64,000 bases of DNA, taken from contig DATCBQ010000126.1 of NCBI GenBank assembly GCA_036511745.1, positions 2,780-66,779 of the forward strand, written 5' to 3'. Below the pieces are notes generated by a model. The model had not been told where the DNA came from and did not search any database. It saw nothing but the letters and a program-made list of their open reading frames with translations. The stretch is from Rhizomicrobium sp. GTDB taxonomy: Bacteria > Pseudomonadota > Alphaproteobacteria > Micropepsales > Micropepsaceae. This document shows positions 1 through 9,784 of this stretch, one piece after another (the first letter of the stretch is position 1; every line of letters begins with the position of its first letter). The position numbers were made by a program, and so were the translations under genes.

Positions 1-821
1 TCCGGGCTGCGTCCGTCAGACTGGTGTCGAAGCCCTCGCGGCACAGCGTGGCCCCGACGAGAAGGCGGCCTGCGCGCGGAACGATATACACGTCTTCGCC
101 CGATATGATGTGCGTCGGCAGCGCGCCGCCGTGCAACGCGATCATTTCGCCTTTTACGGGAACCACAGGAGGCAGCGCCTCCGCGGGAAGACCCTCGATA
201 CGCGACGTCCAGGCACCGGCCGCAAGGACGTAAGCGTCGCCCTCATACAGCCCGAACGGCGTGCGCGCGCCGAATATGCGGCCTCCATCCGTTTCGAAGC
301 GTACGACCGTCTCGTTCGCCTGCAACGCGCCTCCGGCGCGGAGATAGATCTCCAGCAAGGCAGCGCCCAATGCACGATTGTCGACCTGTGCTTCGCTCGG
401 GTCCCACAGAGCTCCCGCAATGTCCGCACGCAGCAGCGGTTCGAGAGCGCACGCCTCTGCTGCGGACAACAGCGACAAATCGGTGGCGATGGCGGCGCGG
501 GTTTCCAGTCGTGATTGCTCCTGTTGATTTGTCGCGATGATAAGATTGCCGTCCTTGCGGAAGCCGACGGCGCGGCCGCACTGTTCTTCGATCTCGCGGG
601 CAAAATTCGGCCACCGCGTCGCCGAGCGCCGGGCGAGCGCCGCTTTCGCGGGATTCACATCTTCATCATCGCCGGCGGCGGAAATCATGCCCGCTGCCGC
701 CCAGGTGGCGCCACGGGCAGGCTGAGCGCGCTCCAGCACGACGACGTCCGCGCCGGCCTGCAACAGCCGCCAGCCGATCGAGAGTCCCGCAATGCCCGCG
801 CCCACAATGACCACTTTCATT
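1..821 (-). CDS. FAD-dependent oxidoreductase of the glycine/D-amino-acid oxidase (ThiO/DAO-like) family; the C-terminus runs off the window
   Basis: My own reverse-strand translation from the ATG at 819-821 gives MKVVIVGAGIAGLSIGWRLLQAGADVVVLERAQPARGATWAAAGMIS. This is a GxGxxG Rossmann N-terminus typical of DAO-family flavoenzymes. The frame stays open to position 1, so it is absent from the ORF track. Confidence 0.65.
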
Positions 822-1032
822 TCAGCCTCGCGATGGCGGCCCGATGACGCTTATGCCCGCCGCGACCGGATAATGAAACCCGGAACGTCGGCAACAACAC
901 AGCGACGAACGCAAACACGGCCAACCCGCTGCGAGGCCGAAATGGCGGCTTTCGGTCAATCGCGCGGATAAAGGGGTGACGAACGCCGCGTCGGTTTCTA
1001 TAGTCTCGACGGAATTCACAAGGAGCCATCCG

Positions 1033-1521
1033 ATGGAAAAGGCCACGTTCGGAGCGGGATGTTTTTGGGGCGTCGAATCCTTCTTTCGCCAGGTGCCCGG
1101 AGTCGCGGATGCGGTGTGCGGGTATGCGGGCGGCGAAGTTCCCAGTCCAACGTACAAGCAGGTTTGCTCTGGACGCACCGGCCATGCCGAAGTCGTGGAG
1201 GTGACGTTCGACTCCGCGAAGGTCTCCTATGACACGCTACTGGACGTCTTCTTTGCAAACCACGATGCCACGACCCTGAACAGGCAAGGGCCGGATGTCG
1301 GCTCGCAGTACCGCTCCGCAATCTTCTTTCATTCGCCCGACCAGGAGCGCGAGGCACAGGCGAAAAAGACCGCCCTCGACAAGTCCGGCCGCTTCAGGCG
1401 ACCGATCGTTACGACGATTGAACCGGCGGCCGCCTTCTGGCGCGCGGAGGACTATCATCAGCGTTACTTCGAAAAGAACGACCTGCCGTCCTGCCACGTC
1501 AATCTCGCGGCAGACCGCTGA
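1033..1521 (+). CDS. msrA: peptide-methionine (S)-S-oxide reductase
   Basis: Carries the GAGCFWGVESFF active-site motif. I chose the internal ATG at 1033 (MEKATFGAGCFWG), which follows AGGAG at 1021-1025, rather than the GTG at 976. Confidence 0.9.
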   Translation: MEKATFGAGCFWGVESFFRQVPGVADAVCGYAGGEVPSPTYKQVCSGRTGHAEVVEVTFDSAKVSYDTLLDVFFANHDATTLNRQGPDVGSQYRSAIFFHSPDQEREAQAKKTALDKSGRFRRPIVTTIEPAAAFWRAEDYHQRYFEKNDLPSCHVNLAADR

Positions 1522-3299
1522 TGCGCATTCGGGCGGGGCTTTCTGGAGCGGCAGTCCTCATGGTCGCAGGCGTCACATCGATAACGGCATACGGGCAGAT
1601 TGGCCGTGGCGAGCGCTATTCCGGCGCGCCCTGGGCGACGCGTTCGCCGGTGATGGCGCAACACGGAATGGCCTGCACCGAGCAGCCGCTGGCATCCCAG
1701 ATCGCCATCGACATTCTGAAAAAAGGCGGCAGCGCGATGGACGCCGCCATTGCGGCAAATGCCGCAATCGGACTCATGCAGCCGGTTCTGAATGGCATCG
1801 GCGGCGATCTTTTCGCGATCGTATGGGATCCGAAATCGCAAAAGCTCTATGGCTACAACGGCTCCGGGCGCGCCGCGGCCGGCCGCGATCTCGCGCAGAT
1901 GGGCGAAGAAGTCGTTGCCGCCTGGAAAAAGGCCGGCAAACCGGATCAGGCCCATATCCCGCCGCTGGGTTCCCTGCCGGTCACCGTGCCGGGGACAGTG
2001 GATGCCTGGTTCGCGTTGCACGACAAGTTCGGCAAGCTGCCGATGGCCGAGGACCTCGCGCCGGCCATCGGTTACGCAACGAACGGCTTTCCCGTGACGC
2101 AGCTGGTCGCGCATTACTGGAAAGCGAACATGGCGGCGTTCGAGAAGAACCGTGCGCTGATCGAAGAGTCCGACAACGCGCGCGCGACCTATCTCGTCAA
2201 CGGTCACACGCCGGCCGAAGGCGACGTTTTCCGCAATCCCGATCTTGCCCACACCCTTTCAATCCTCGCCGATCGCGGGCGCGACGCGTTTTACAAGGGC
2301 GAGATTGCACGCACGATGGATGCTTATTTCAAGCGCATCGGCGGCGACCTGCGATACGAAGATTTTGCCGCCCATCGCGGCGAATGGGTGACGCCGCTGT
2401 CGGTGAACTATCGCGGATATGACGTTTTCGAGCTGCCGCCCAACGGTCAGGGCGCGGCGGCGTTGCAGATGCTACAGATTCTCAAGGGTTACGACCTGCA
2501 GAAGATGGGCGCGGGCTCCGCCGACACCCTCACGGCGATGCTTGAGGCCAAACGGCTGGCGTATGAAGACCTCGCGAAGTGGTACGCGGATCCCGCATTT
2601 GCGAAAGTCCCCATTAAAGGCCTTCTTTCCGACAGCTATGCCGACGAGCGGCGAAAGCTGATCGATCTTGGCCATGCCAATCCGAACATCGGGCCCGGCG
2701 ATCCGCGGCTGAAGGACGGCGACACCATCTACCTGACCACGGCCGACAAAGACGGCATGATGGTCTCGCTGATCCAGTCCAACTATCGGGGCATGGGCTC
2801 GGGGCTGGTCGCCGATCGTCTTGGTTTTATGTTTCAGGATCGCGGCGAGCTGTTTTCTCTCGATAAAAATGCGGCGAATGTTTACGCGCCCGGCAAGCGT
2901 CCCTTCCACACCATCATTCCTGGATTCGTGATGAAGAAAGGAGAGCCGTTTCTCGCCTTCGGTTTGATGGGCGGAGACATGCAGCCACAGGGACACGTTC
3001 AGGTTCTCACCGACATCATCGATTTCGGCATGAATGTGCAGGAAGCCGACGACGCGGCGCGCTGGCACCATTTCGGCAATGCCGAGCCGACGGGCGAGCC
3101 ATCGACCGGTATCGGCACCGTCGAGATGGAGTCGGGCTTTTCATCCGACGTTAAGGCCGAACTCGCCCGCCGCGGCTATACGATCGCACCCGGCAGCGGC
3201 AATTTCGGCGGCTATCAGGCCATCATGTGGGACGCGAAAAACCGCGTCTACTGGGGCGCTTCGGAGATGCGCAAGGACGGCGAAGCGATCGGATACTGA
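1521..3299 (+). CDS. ggt: gamma-glutamyltransferase
   Basis: 592 aa with a signal peptide and GGT-family blocks (GIGGDLFAIVWD, the DTIYLTTADKDGMMVSLIQSNY autoprocessing Thr region, GLMGGDMQPQGHVQ). The start overlaps the msrA stop by 1 nt. Confidence 0.9.
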   Translation: MRIRAGLSGAAVLMVAGVTSITAYGQIGRGERYSGAPWATRSPVMAQHGMACTEQPLASQIAIDILKKGGSAMDAAIAANAAIGLMQPVLNGIGGDLFAIVWDPKSQKLYGYNGSGRAAAGRDLAQMGEEVVAAWKKAGKPDQAHIPPLGSLPVTVPGTVDAWFALHDKFGKLPMAEDLAPAIGYATNGFPVTQLVAHYWKANMAAFEKNRALIEESDNARATYLVNGHTPAEGDVFRNPDLAHTLSILADRGRDAFYKGEIARTMDAYFKRIGGDLRYEDFAAHRGEWVTPLSVNYRGYDVFELPPNGQGAAALQMLQILKGYDLQKMGAGSADTLTAMLEAKRLAYEDLAKWYADPAFAKVPIKGLLSDSYADERRKLIDLGHANPNIGPGDPRLKDGDTIYLTTADKDGMMVSLIQSNYRGMGSGLVADRLGFMFQDRGELFSLDKNAANVYAPGKRPFHTIIPGFVMKKGEPFLAFGLMGGDMQPQGHVQVLTDIIDFGMNVQEADDAARWHHFGNAEPTGEPSTGIGTVEMESGFSSDVKAELARRGYTIAPGSGNFGGYQAIMWDAKNRVYWGASEMRKDGEAIGY

Positions 3300-3333
3300 C
3301 CTCGCTATCATCCCCCGGCGCGGCCTTGCGGTC

Positions 3334-3765
3334 TCACTTGCCGTTCGCGTTCCTGACGGCGAACACGACATTCGTCGATGTACCGTCATTGAATGTGAGC
3401 ATAACGGGAACGTGGCCGCCGGGCGCCATCGCCGGCGTCGGCCCCGTACACATCAGATGATAACCGCCGGGCGAGAAGGCGATGTCTCCGCCCGCCGGTA
3501 CATCCACGCTCGCGACCGCCATCATCTCCGCCATGCCACTGGCGACCGCGCTCTTGTGAAGCATGAGCATGCCGCAGGCGGCCGACCGCGCCCCCGTCAG
3601 CCGAACCTCCGCCCCCTCATTGTGGAGGCTGAAATAGCCTCCCGCCGGCAGGCCGGACGGAAGTGCCCTAAACCATGCATTCGATACCTTCACCTGCGCC
3701 GCAACCGCGGGGGACGAGCACAGCAGACCCGCGGCAACGATCGCCGTTTCAATTTCCCTTTTCAT
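3334..3765 (-). CDS. periplasmic copper chaperone PCu(A)C (DUF461)
   Basis: Has a signal peptide and the complete H-X10-M-X21-H-X-M motif (HKSAVASGMAEM ... 21 aa ... HLM). Confidence 0.85.
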   Translation of the reverse strand: MKREIETAIVAAGLLCSSPAVAAQVKVSNAWFRALPSGLPAGGYFSLHNEGAEVRLTGARSAACGMLMLHKSAVASGMAEMMAVASVDVPAGGDIAFSPGGYHLMCTGPTPAMAPGGHVPVMLTFNDGTSTNVVFAVRNANGK

Positions 3766-4681
3766 ATTCGGCCCTTTCCTCGTTGATGCGCATGGTGGCG
3801 AGCACCACGATCATGCCTGCAAAACTGGTCAGGGTGCTGGGCAGCCAGATAATCAGCCCGCCATAGTGCTGATCGCTCAGGGCCGCAATGTCCCAGACGC
3901 GGCCGCAAATCCGGTACACGGGATAATAGTCTTTGCCCGACAGCGAAAGAATGGCGCCCAGCACCATCTGCAACGGCTCGACCGCGATCACCAGCAACGC
4001 GCGCCAGCCGCTGGCGAGGCGGGCCGGCGGCTTGGGACGCCAGTCCAGAATCAGGCACCAGAAGAATATCCCGTCCGCAGCCATGCTTGCGTTCATGAAG
4101 CCATAAAGGTTGGCATCGAGCATCACGCGGGTATGAAATTGCGGGATCAGCCACAAATAAATCAGCCCCACGAACAGCACCGGCGCCACCACCGGATGCT
4201 GAATGACATCCACCGCGGCACGTACCGGCCGGCTGCCGAACGTCAATTTCGCGAAGTCGGGCATTCCGGCCCAAAGAACCGGCCCCGAGGCGCCAAGCGC
4301 GATCAGAAAGGCGCCCAGATGATGCAGCACGAAGTGTTGCGCCCGATGCACGAAGAACATGTGCTGCGCGTAGTAATCGATATGCGTCTGCAAAACGGCA
4401 TAGGTCAGGCCGACGCCCAGCAAAAATGAAATCGTCCGCCACAGCGGCGGATGGGCGCTGCGCGGCAAACGCCTCAAACCCATAACAAACCAGCCAAGCG
4501 CCAGAGCGGTGACGAGATATTCCGGCCAGGAGAATTCCCAAGGCATCCAGAAGGGAAGCCGCGCCGGAAAAAACCGACAGACGAGATCGAGGCATGCGCC
4601 GAGCAGCAGCAGGCAGCCATAGCCCAGCCACTCCCGGCGGCTGGTGCGGACAGGGAAATCTATCGCCGTGGCAGCGGTCAT
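3749..4681 (-). CDS. cytochrome c oxidase assembly factor CtaG-like (caa3-type) polytopic membrane protein
   Basis: 310-aa multi-TM protein with the His-rich block HMFFVHRAQHFVLHHLGAF, typical of the Caa3_CtaG family. Its stop lies 17 nt inside the PCuAC gene. Confidence 0.6.
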   Translation of the reverse strand: MTAATAIDFPVRTSRREWLGYGCLLLLGACLDLVCRFFPARLPFWMPWEFSWPEYLVTALALGWFVMGLRRLPRSAHPPLWRTISFLLGVGLTYAVLQTHIDYYAQHMFFVHRAQHFVLHHLGAFLIALGASGPVLWAGMPDFAKLTFGSRPVRAAVDVIQHPVVAPVLFVGLIYLWLIPQFHTRVMLDANLYGFMNASMAADGIFFWCLILDWRPKPPARLASGWRALLVIAVEPLQMVLGAILSLSGKDYYPVYRICGRVWDIAALSDQHYGGLIIWLPSTLTSFAGMIVVLATMRINEERAEYEKGN

Positions 4682-4796
4682 GAAACCGATCGAATTTTCA
4701 TGTCCCTGTTATAATCTCGCGCTCCTTCGATCCCTCGGGGCGATTGGTCGCAACTACGTACCGCGGCCCTACTCTCGCCGTGTGCTAAGGCCCCTT

Positions 4797-5399
4797 ATGT
4801 TCCGAAGAGACAGCCAACCCATCGCGGCCCTGCTTGCGCTGTTGCTTGCGTTGGGGGGCGCTTCCTGCGGGTTGTCCTCGCGATCACAGATAACCGATAT
4901 TACAGGCGTCATGCCTTCGCTCGCGTTTCGCATGGCGCGCGCGAATGACGGGGAACGCGTGAGCGCGGACAATTATCGGGGCAAAGTCGCGATTCTCTAT
5001 TTCGGCTATACGCATTGTCCGGACGAATGCCCGGCGACGCTTGCCAATCTTGCGGCGGTCCTTCAACGTTTGGGCAACGCCGCCAATGACGTGCGCGTGC
5101 TTTTTGTCAGCGTCGATCCCGCGCGCGACACGGTGCCGGTTCTCAAGTCCTACGTCGAGGCCTTTGCGCCCGAGATCGACGGACTTCGCGGCAGCGACGA
5201 TGCGATAGCCGCACTCACGCGACGGTATCGCGTCATCTATGCCGTCACTCCGGCTTCGCCCGGCCGGCCTTATGCCGTGATGCACTCGGACTCCGTCTTC
5301 TTCTTCGACCGCAACGGCCGCGCGAGATTCGTGGCGATGGCGACGGATCAAACCGCGGACGTCGCTGCCAGAATCGATCGGCTCCTTTTGGGCAAATGA
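4797..5399 (+). CDS. SCO family (Sco1/SenC/PrrC) copper-binding thioredoxin-like protein
   Basis: Contains YFGYTHCPDECP (CxxxC) and a downstream conserved His (VMHSDSVFFFD). I chose the ATG at 4797, which gives a lipoprotein-like signal (LLALGGASCG). Confidence 0.85.
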   Translation: MFRRDSQPIAALLALLLALGGASCGLSSRSQITDITGVMPSLAFRMARANDGERVSADNYRGKVAILYFGYTHCPDECPATLANLAAVLQRLGNAANDVRVLFVSVDPARDTVPVLKSYVEAFAPEIDGLRGSDDAIAALTRRYRVIYAVTPASPGRPYAVMHSDSVFFFDRNGRARFVAMATDQTADVAARIDRLLLGK

Positions 5400-5450
5400 T
5401 TTTGCCGGACAGGCTCGAACCCCAAACCTGGGCGTTCGTATCGGGGCAAA

Positions 5451-6848
5451 TCAGATATGCAGAGCGCGCTTGTCCGCCTCGAGCACCGATTCGTGCATCA
5501 TCTCGGACAGCGTCGGATGGGGAAATATCGTCGCGGCGAGATCGGCGTCCGTCGCCTCCAGCGTGCGCGCGATGGCATAGCCCTGGATCAGCTCGGTGAC
5601 TTCGGCGCCAATCATGTGTGCCCCGAGAAGCTCGCCCGTATCTGTATCGAAGACCGTCTTGACCAGACCTTCGGAATCGCCGAGCGCAATCGCCTTGCCG
5701 TTGCCGATGAACGGAAACCGCCCGACCTTGATCTTGCGGCCGGACGCTTTCGCGCTCGCTTCGGTGTAACCGACGCTTGCGATCTGCGGCCAGCTATAGG
5801 TGCAGCCCGGCACTTTGGATGTGTCCAGGGGATGTACACCCTTCACGCCGGCGATCCGCTCGGCGACGATGACACCTTCATGCATGCCCTTGTGCGCGAG
5901 CCAGGGTGGGCCCACGAGATCGCCGACGGCAAAAATGCCGGCCACACCCGTTTCTCCCCATTGGTTCGTCATCACATGGGTTTTTTCAACCTTCACACCC
6001 GCCTGCTCCAAACCGATATTTTCGACGTTGCCGACGATACCGATCGCAAGGATCACGCGGTCTGTGATCAATGTTTCCGTCTTGCCGTCCCGGGTCTTGA
6101 GTGTCGCGGTGACATTGTCCTTTCCTTTTTCCAGCTTCGTGACCGTCGTTGCCGTTTTGATTTTCATGCCCTGCTTGGTGAACGCCCTGGTCGCCAACTG
6201 CGAGATCTCCCCATCCTCGACCGGAAGTATGCGGTCGAGGACTTCGACGACCGTGACTTCGCTGCCGAGCGTACGGTAGAAGCTTGCAAACTCGATTCCG
6301 ATGGCGCCGGAGCCCACGACAAGCAGCGATTTTGGAAACGCTTTGGGGACCATCGCGTGCATGTAAGTCCAGACAAGCTCGCCGTCGGGCTCGAGGCCGG
6401 GAAGCGTACGCGCGCGTGCTCCGGTCGCGAGCACGATACTCTTCGCGGAAAATTGGGTTGTCTTGCCTTCCGAGGTGACGTCGATTTTTCCCCCGCCCGC
6501 AAGCTTCGCGTCGCCCGCGATCACGGTGATTTTGTGCTTGCGCATCAGGAACGCAACGCCGTTCGAGAGCTGCGCGGAGACTTTCCGCGAGCGCTCGACG
6601 ATCTTTGCAAAATCGAATCGGATATTGTCCGCGGAAAATCCGAATTCGCCCAGACGATGCATCAGGTGCCAGATTTCGGAGGAGCGCAGGAGGGCCTTGG
6701 TGGGAATGCAACCCCAGTTGAGGCAGATACCGCCCAGTCTGTCGCGCTCCACGATGGCCGTTTTCAGGCCCAACTGCGCGGCGCGAATGGCGCAAACATA
6801 TCCCGCCGGGCCGCTGCCAACCACAATCACATCGAATGTTTCGGCCAT
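5451..6848 (-). CDS. lpdA: dihydrolipoyl dehydrogenase (E3)
   Basis: Contains GSGPAGY, the redox-active GGICLNWGCIPTK disulfide motif and the C-terminal HPTLSE interface motif. Confidence 0.92.
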   Translation of the reverse strand: MAETFDVIVVGSGPAGYVCAIRAAQLGLKTAIVERDRLGGICLNWGCIPTKALLRSSEIWHLMHRLGEFGFSADNIRFDFAKIVERSRKVSAQLSNGVAFLMRKHKITVIAGDAKLAGGGKIDVTSEGKTTQFSAKSIVLATGARARTLPGLEPDGELVWTYMHAMVPKAFPKSLLVVGSGAIGIEFASFYRTLGSEVTVVEVLDRILPVEDGEISQLATRAFTKQGMKIKTATTVTKLEKGKDNVTATLKTRDGKTETLITDRVILAIGIVGNVENIGLEQAGVKVEKTHVMTNQWGETGVAGIFAVGDLVGPPWLAHKGMHEGVIVAERIAGVKGVHPLDTSKVPGCTYSWPQIASVGYTEASAKASGRKIKVGRFPFIGNGKAIALGDSEGLVKTVFDTDTGELLGAHMIGAEVTELIQGYAIARTLEATDADLAATIFPHPTLSEMMHESVLEADKRALHI

Positions 6849-6860
6849 TGCCGGACTCCG

Positions 6861-7961
6861 CTAGACGTTCAACAGGGTGAGGACAACGATCGCCGCAACC
6901 GCGGGCGACAGGAAGAACACGGAATAGATAAACGAAACGGTCGCGAATTTGACGCCGGTCCAGAACCAGTTCTGGTGATAGAATCTCTTCATGGCGAGCA
7001 AGAGATAGAGGCCGATGGCCGACAGAGCCAGCCACCACGTAAGTGTTTTGGGCCACAGCTGCGCCAACCCGACCGCGACCAGAATCGCCACGAACACAAA
7101 GCTGTGCATGTTGAGCGAGAACACGAGGTGGTCGACAAAATAGAACTGTTTGCGCTGGCGCCAGTAGAAGACGGCCAGCAGCAACGCGAATAACGGCAAC
7201 AGGATGAACAGCACCCGCGGAATCCATTCCGTCAGCGGGCGGTTCACCGCCGCGGGGTCCACCATGAGCGTGTCGATGTCGTGGCCGACATGTGTTTTGA
7301 TCCACACGCCCCAGCCTCCATCCGCTTTCGTTGATCCGGCGCGCTTCATGTCATCGGCCAGCTTCGCCCGCGCGTTTGCCGGAAGGCTGCTCCGGACCGA
7401 ACCGATGCGCTCGAAAAAATGCGTTCTCGATGAAACGTTGTAATGCGGGCCCGGCTCTTTCGCCTTTTTCGCCGAGATCGGAATCCGCGCGCCTGTTTCC
7501 CCCGCGATCGCGAAACTTTGTCCGTTCGCATTGGTCACAATCCTTTCCGGCGCCGTCACCAGCTCGAACTGCATGATCGCGACATTTGTCGCGTCCAATA
7601 CGAGAAAGAAAATCAGAGACACAAAGAGATAGAGCCGCAGGGCCGGCACATAGCGCCGGGTCCTGCCCTCCCGAAACGCAAGAGACAGTTCGCCCGGCCG
7701 CACCACGAGCGCGACGGAGGTGCGCAGAATGCGGCTGTCGAAACTGGTAATTTCCCGGACGAACTCGCCGACCAATCCGCGAACGGAGCGCCGGTTCGTG
7801 TTGCGCTCCTGGCCGCAGACCGCGCAATACGCTGCAATCACCGGCGCCCCGCAATTCGGGCATTTGGCGGCATGGGCGCCATGATCGACGAGTGCCGACG
7901 CTACCAGTTCGATTGCCGCCGCACCGCCCAGTTCCGCTATCGTTCCGAAATCGTCCGACAT
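6861..7961 (-). CDS. DUF3667-like zinc-ribbon membrane protein
   Basis: N-terminal CPNCGAPVIAAYCAVCGQERN zinc ribbon followed by several TM helices. I chose the ATG at 7959-7961 (MSDDFG), 10 nt downstream of the pdhC stop. Confidence 0.6.
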   Translation of the reverse strand: MSDDFGTIAELGGAAAIELVASALVDHGAHAAKCPNCGAPVIAAYCAVCGQERNTNRRSVRGLVGEFVREITSFDSRILRTSVALVVRPGELSLAFREGRTRRYVPALRLYLFVSLIFFLVLDATNVAIMQFELVTAPERIVTNANGQSFAIAGETGARIPISAKKAKEPGPHYNVSSRTHFFERIGSVRSSLPANARAKLADDMKRAGSTKADGGWGVWIKTHVGHDIDTLMVDPAAVNRPLTEWIPRVLFILLPLFALLLAVFYWRQRKQFYFVDHLVFSLNMHSFVFVAILVAVGLAQLWPKTLTWWLALSAIGLYLLLAMKRFYHQNWFWTGVKFATVSFIYSVFFLSPAVAAIVVLTLLNV

Positions 7962-7971
7962 TGTTCGAACG

Positions 7972-9363
7972 CTATAGCAGCATCGCTGCCGGTTCTTCGA
8001 CGAATTGTTTGAAGGCGTCGAGAAAGCGCGCGCCGGTGGCGCCGTCGATGACACGGTGATCGCAGGACATGGTGACGGTCATGAGCGTCGCCACTTCGAC
8101 CTTTCCCTCACGGACAACCGGACGCTTCTCGCCCGCGCCCACAGCCAGAATGGCTGCGTGCGGTGGATTGATCACTCCCGTAAACTGCTTGATCCCGAAC
8201 ATGCCGAGATTGGAAATCGCGAAGCCCCCGCCTTCATATTCGGCGGGTTTGAGCTTCCTGGACCGCGCACGTTCGGCCAGCGCTTTCACCTCTTTCGAAA
8301 TTGCCACAAGGCCCTTCTCTTCGGCCCGGAAAACGATCGGCGTGATGAGGCCAAAATCGAGCGCCACGGCCACGCCGACATCGGCGTGCCTGTGGCGAAG
8401 CATGGCCGTCTCGGTCCAGCTTGCGTTGACCGCGGGCACGCGCATCAAGGCGAGCGCGGCGGCCTTCACCAAGAAATCGTTGACGGACAGCTTGTAGGCG
8501 CCTTCGCCTTTCGGCGCGCGCTCGTTCAGCCGGCCACGCAAACCCGCAAGCTCGTCGATCCGGCAATCGACCGTCAGGTAAAAATGCGGAATAAGCGTTT
8601 TCGCCGAACTCAGTCTGCGCGCGATCGACTTGCGCATCGAATCGTGCGGAATTTCTTCGTAGTCCTCCGGACGGTAAAAAAGCCGCGCATCGGGAAGCGG
8701 CGCGATGCCGGAAAGCGCAGGCGACGCCTGCTGCGGCGGCGCAGCGGATTGTCTCGCCGGAACAGCCGATTTTCCTGCGGCATCGATATCCGCCTTGACG
8801 ATACGACCGCGCGGACCCGAGCCCTCGATCGCCGCGATATCGATACCGCCCCGTTGCGCCAGTCGCCTCGCCAGAGGCGATGCAAATACACGCTGACCGG
8901 CGGGTTGGACCTTTGTCGATTCCGGTCGTTCGGCAGACGCGCCGACGTTTGCCGACGCACCGGCCCGGCCAGTGACTTGCGTGTCCGCTGCGGCCATCTT
9001 GCCATTGCCCGCGGCGGTCTTTGAAGCCGATGACTTTGCCGGCGGTTGCGTTGCTTCCTGCGATACCGCCTGCTTGATGGACTGCATGGCCGACGCAATG
9101 TCGACATTCGCGGTGCTTTCACCTTCTCCGACCAGCACGGCAATCGGCTGGTTGACCTTGACGCCTTCAGTACCTTCCGGGACCAGGAGTTTGCCGATGC
9201 GCCCTTCGTCCACCGCCTCGAATTCCATCGTCGCCTTGTCGGTCTCGATCTCGGCAAGGATGTCGCCGGAACGTACCGCGTCGCCTTCCTTCACCAGCCA
9301 TCGGGCAAGTTTGCCCTCCTCCATCGTCGGCGACAGCGCGGGCATGAGGATCTGGGTGGACAT
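7972..9363 (-). CDS. pdhC: pyruvate dehydrogenase E2, dihydrolipoyllysine-residue acetyltransferase
   Basis: Has a lipoyl domain ([29 protein letters not shown]), an Ala/Pro linker, an E3-binding domain (ASPLARRLA) and a catalytic domain ([10 protein letters not shown]). The start is the ATG at 9361-9363; the upstream extension in the track is not credible. Confidence 0.92.
   Translation of the reverse strand: MSTQILMPALSPTMEEGKLARWLVKEGDAVRSGDILAEIETDKATMEFEAVDEGRIGKLLVPEGTEGVKVNQPIAVLVGEGESTANVDIASAMQSIKQAVSQEATQPPAKSSASKTAAGNGKMAAADTQVTGRAGASANVGASAERPESTKVQPAGQRVFASPLARRLAQRGGIDIAAIEGSGPRGRIVKADIDAAGKSAVPARQSAAPPQQASPALSGIAPLPDARLFYRPEDYEEIPHDSMRKSIARRLSSAKTLIPHFYLTVDCRIDELAGLRGRLNERAPKGEGAYKLSVNDFLVKAAALALMRVPAVNASWTETAMLRHRHADVGVAVALDFGLITPIVFRAEEKGLVAISKEVKALAERARSRKLKPAEYEGGGFAISNLGMFGIKQFTGVINPPHAAILAVGAGEKRPVVREGKVEVATLMTVTMSCDHRVIDGATGARFLDAFKQFVEEPAAMLL
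9130..9363 (-). repeat. copy A of a 234-nt lipoyl-domain repeat (5' end of pdhC)
   Basis: Hand alignment to 10946-11179 shows about 11 mismatches in 234 nt. The 52 nt ending at the start codon are identical in both copies. Confidence 0.85.
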
Positions 9364-9365
9364 GC

Positions 9366-9782
9366 TCAGGCTCCGCGCCCGGCCGGCGCGAGCTCCTCGA
9401 TATGCCGTTCCCAATTGCGCCCGTCGAAATCGGTGGTCAGCACGGAATGAAAATCCTCTGCATTCAGGCAGCGGAAATTGACGCTGTAGCCGTCGGGATG
9501 CGAACGCGGGATGTAGAAAGGTTTGACGCCGCAGACCTTGCAGAATCGATGCGTCGCCGTGCCCGTGTTGAATTTGTAGGACGCCAGTTTTGCCTTGCCC
9601 TGCAGCAGTCGAAAACCGGATTTGGCAACGATGAAGTGCCGATAACCGGTCATGTGACAGATCGAGCAATTGCAGTCGAGCAACTCGATCTCATCGGGCG
9701 CCTTCACTTCAAACTTCACCGCGCCGCAATGACAGCCGCCCTGCTTCCAGGCCATCGACGATTTGCGAGAATTCTTCGCCAT
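9366..9782 (-). CDS. GFA family (glutathione-dependent formaldehyde-activating / CENP-V-like) zinc protein
   Basis: Cys pattern [10 protein letters not shown] ... CNCSIC ... FCKVCG is typical of the GFA fold. The ATG at 9780-9782 lies 2 nt after the pdhB stop, and the stop lies 2 nt before the pdhC start. Confidence 0.75.
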   Translation of the reverse strand: MAKNSRKSSMAWKQGGCHCGAVKFEVKAPDEIELLDCNCSICHMTGYRHFIVAKSGFRLLQGKAKLASYKFNTGTATHRFCKVCGVKPFYIPRSHPDGYSVNFRCLNAEDFHSVLTTDFDGRNWERHIEELAPAGRGA

Positions 9783-9784
9783 CT

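Noticed and set aside
5400-5450. tRNA-like GGTTCGAGCC string on the reverse strand between sco and lpdA, a possible tRNA or att remnant
   Set aside because: There is no 5-bp T-stem around a 7-nt loop, no acceptor/CCA context, and only 51 nt are available. It is most simply a weak convergent-terminator hairpin.
5457-7193. 578-aa plus-strand ORF in the track
   Set aside because: It is entirely antisense to lpdA and the DUF3667 gene. It is Arg/Gly/His/Asp-rich with no recognisable motif, which is the typical shadow ORF of a high-GC gene.
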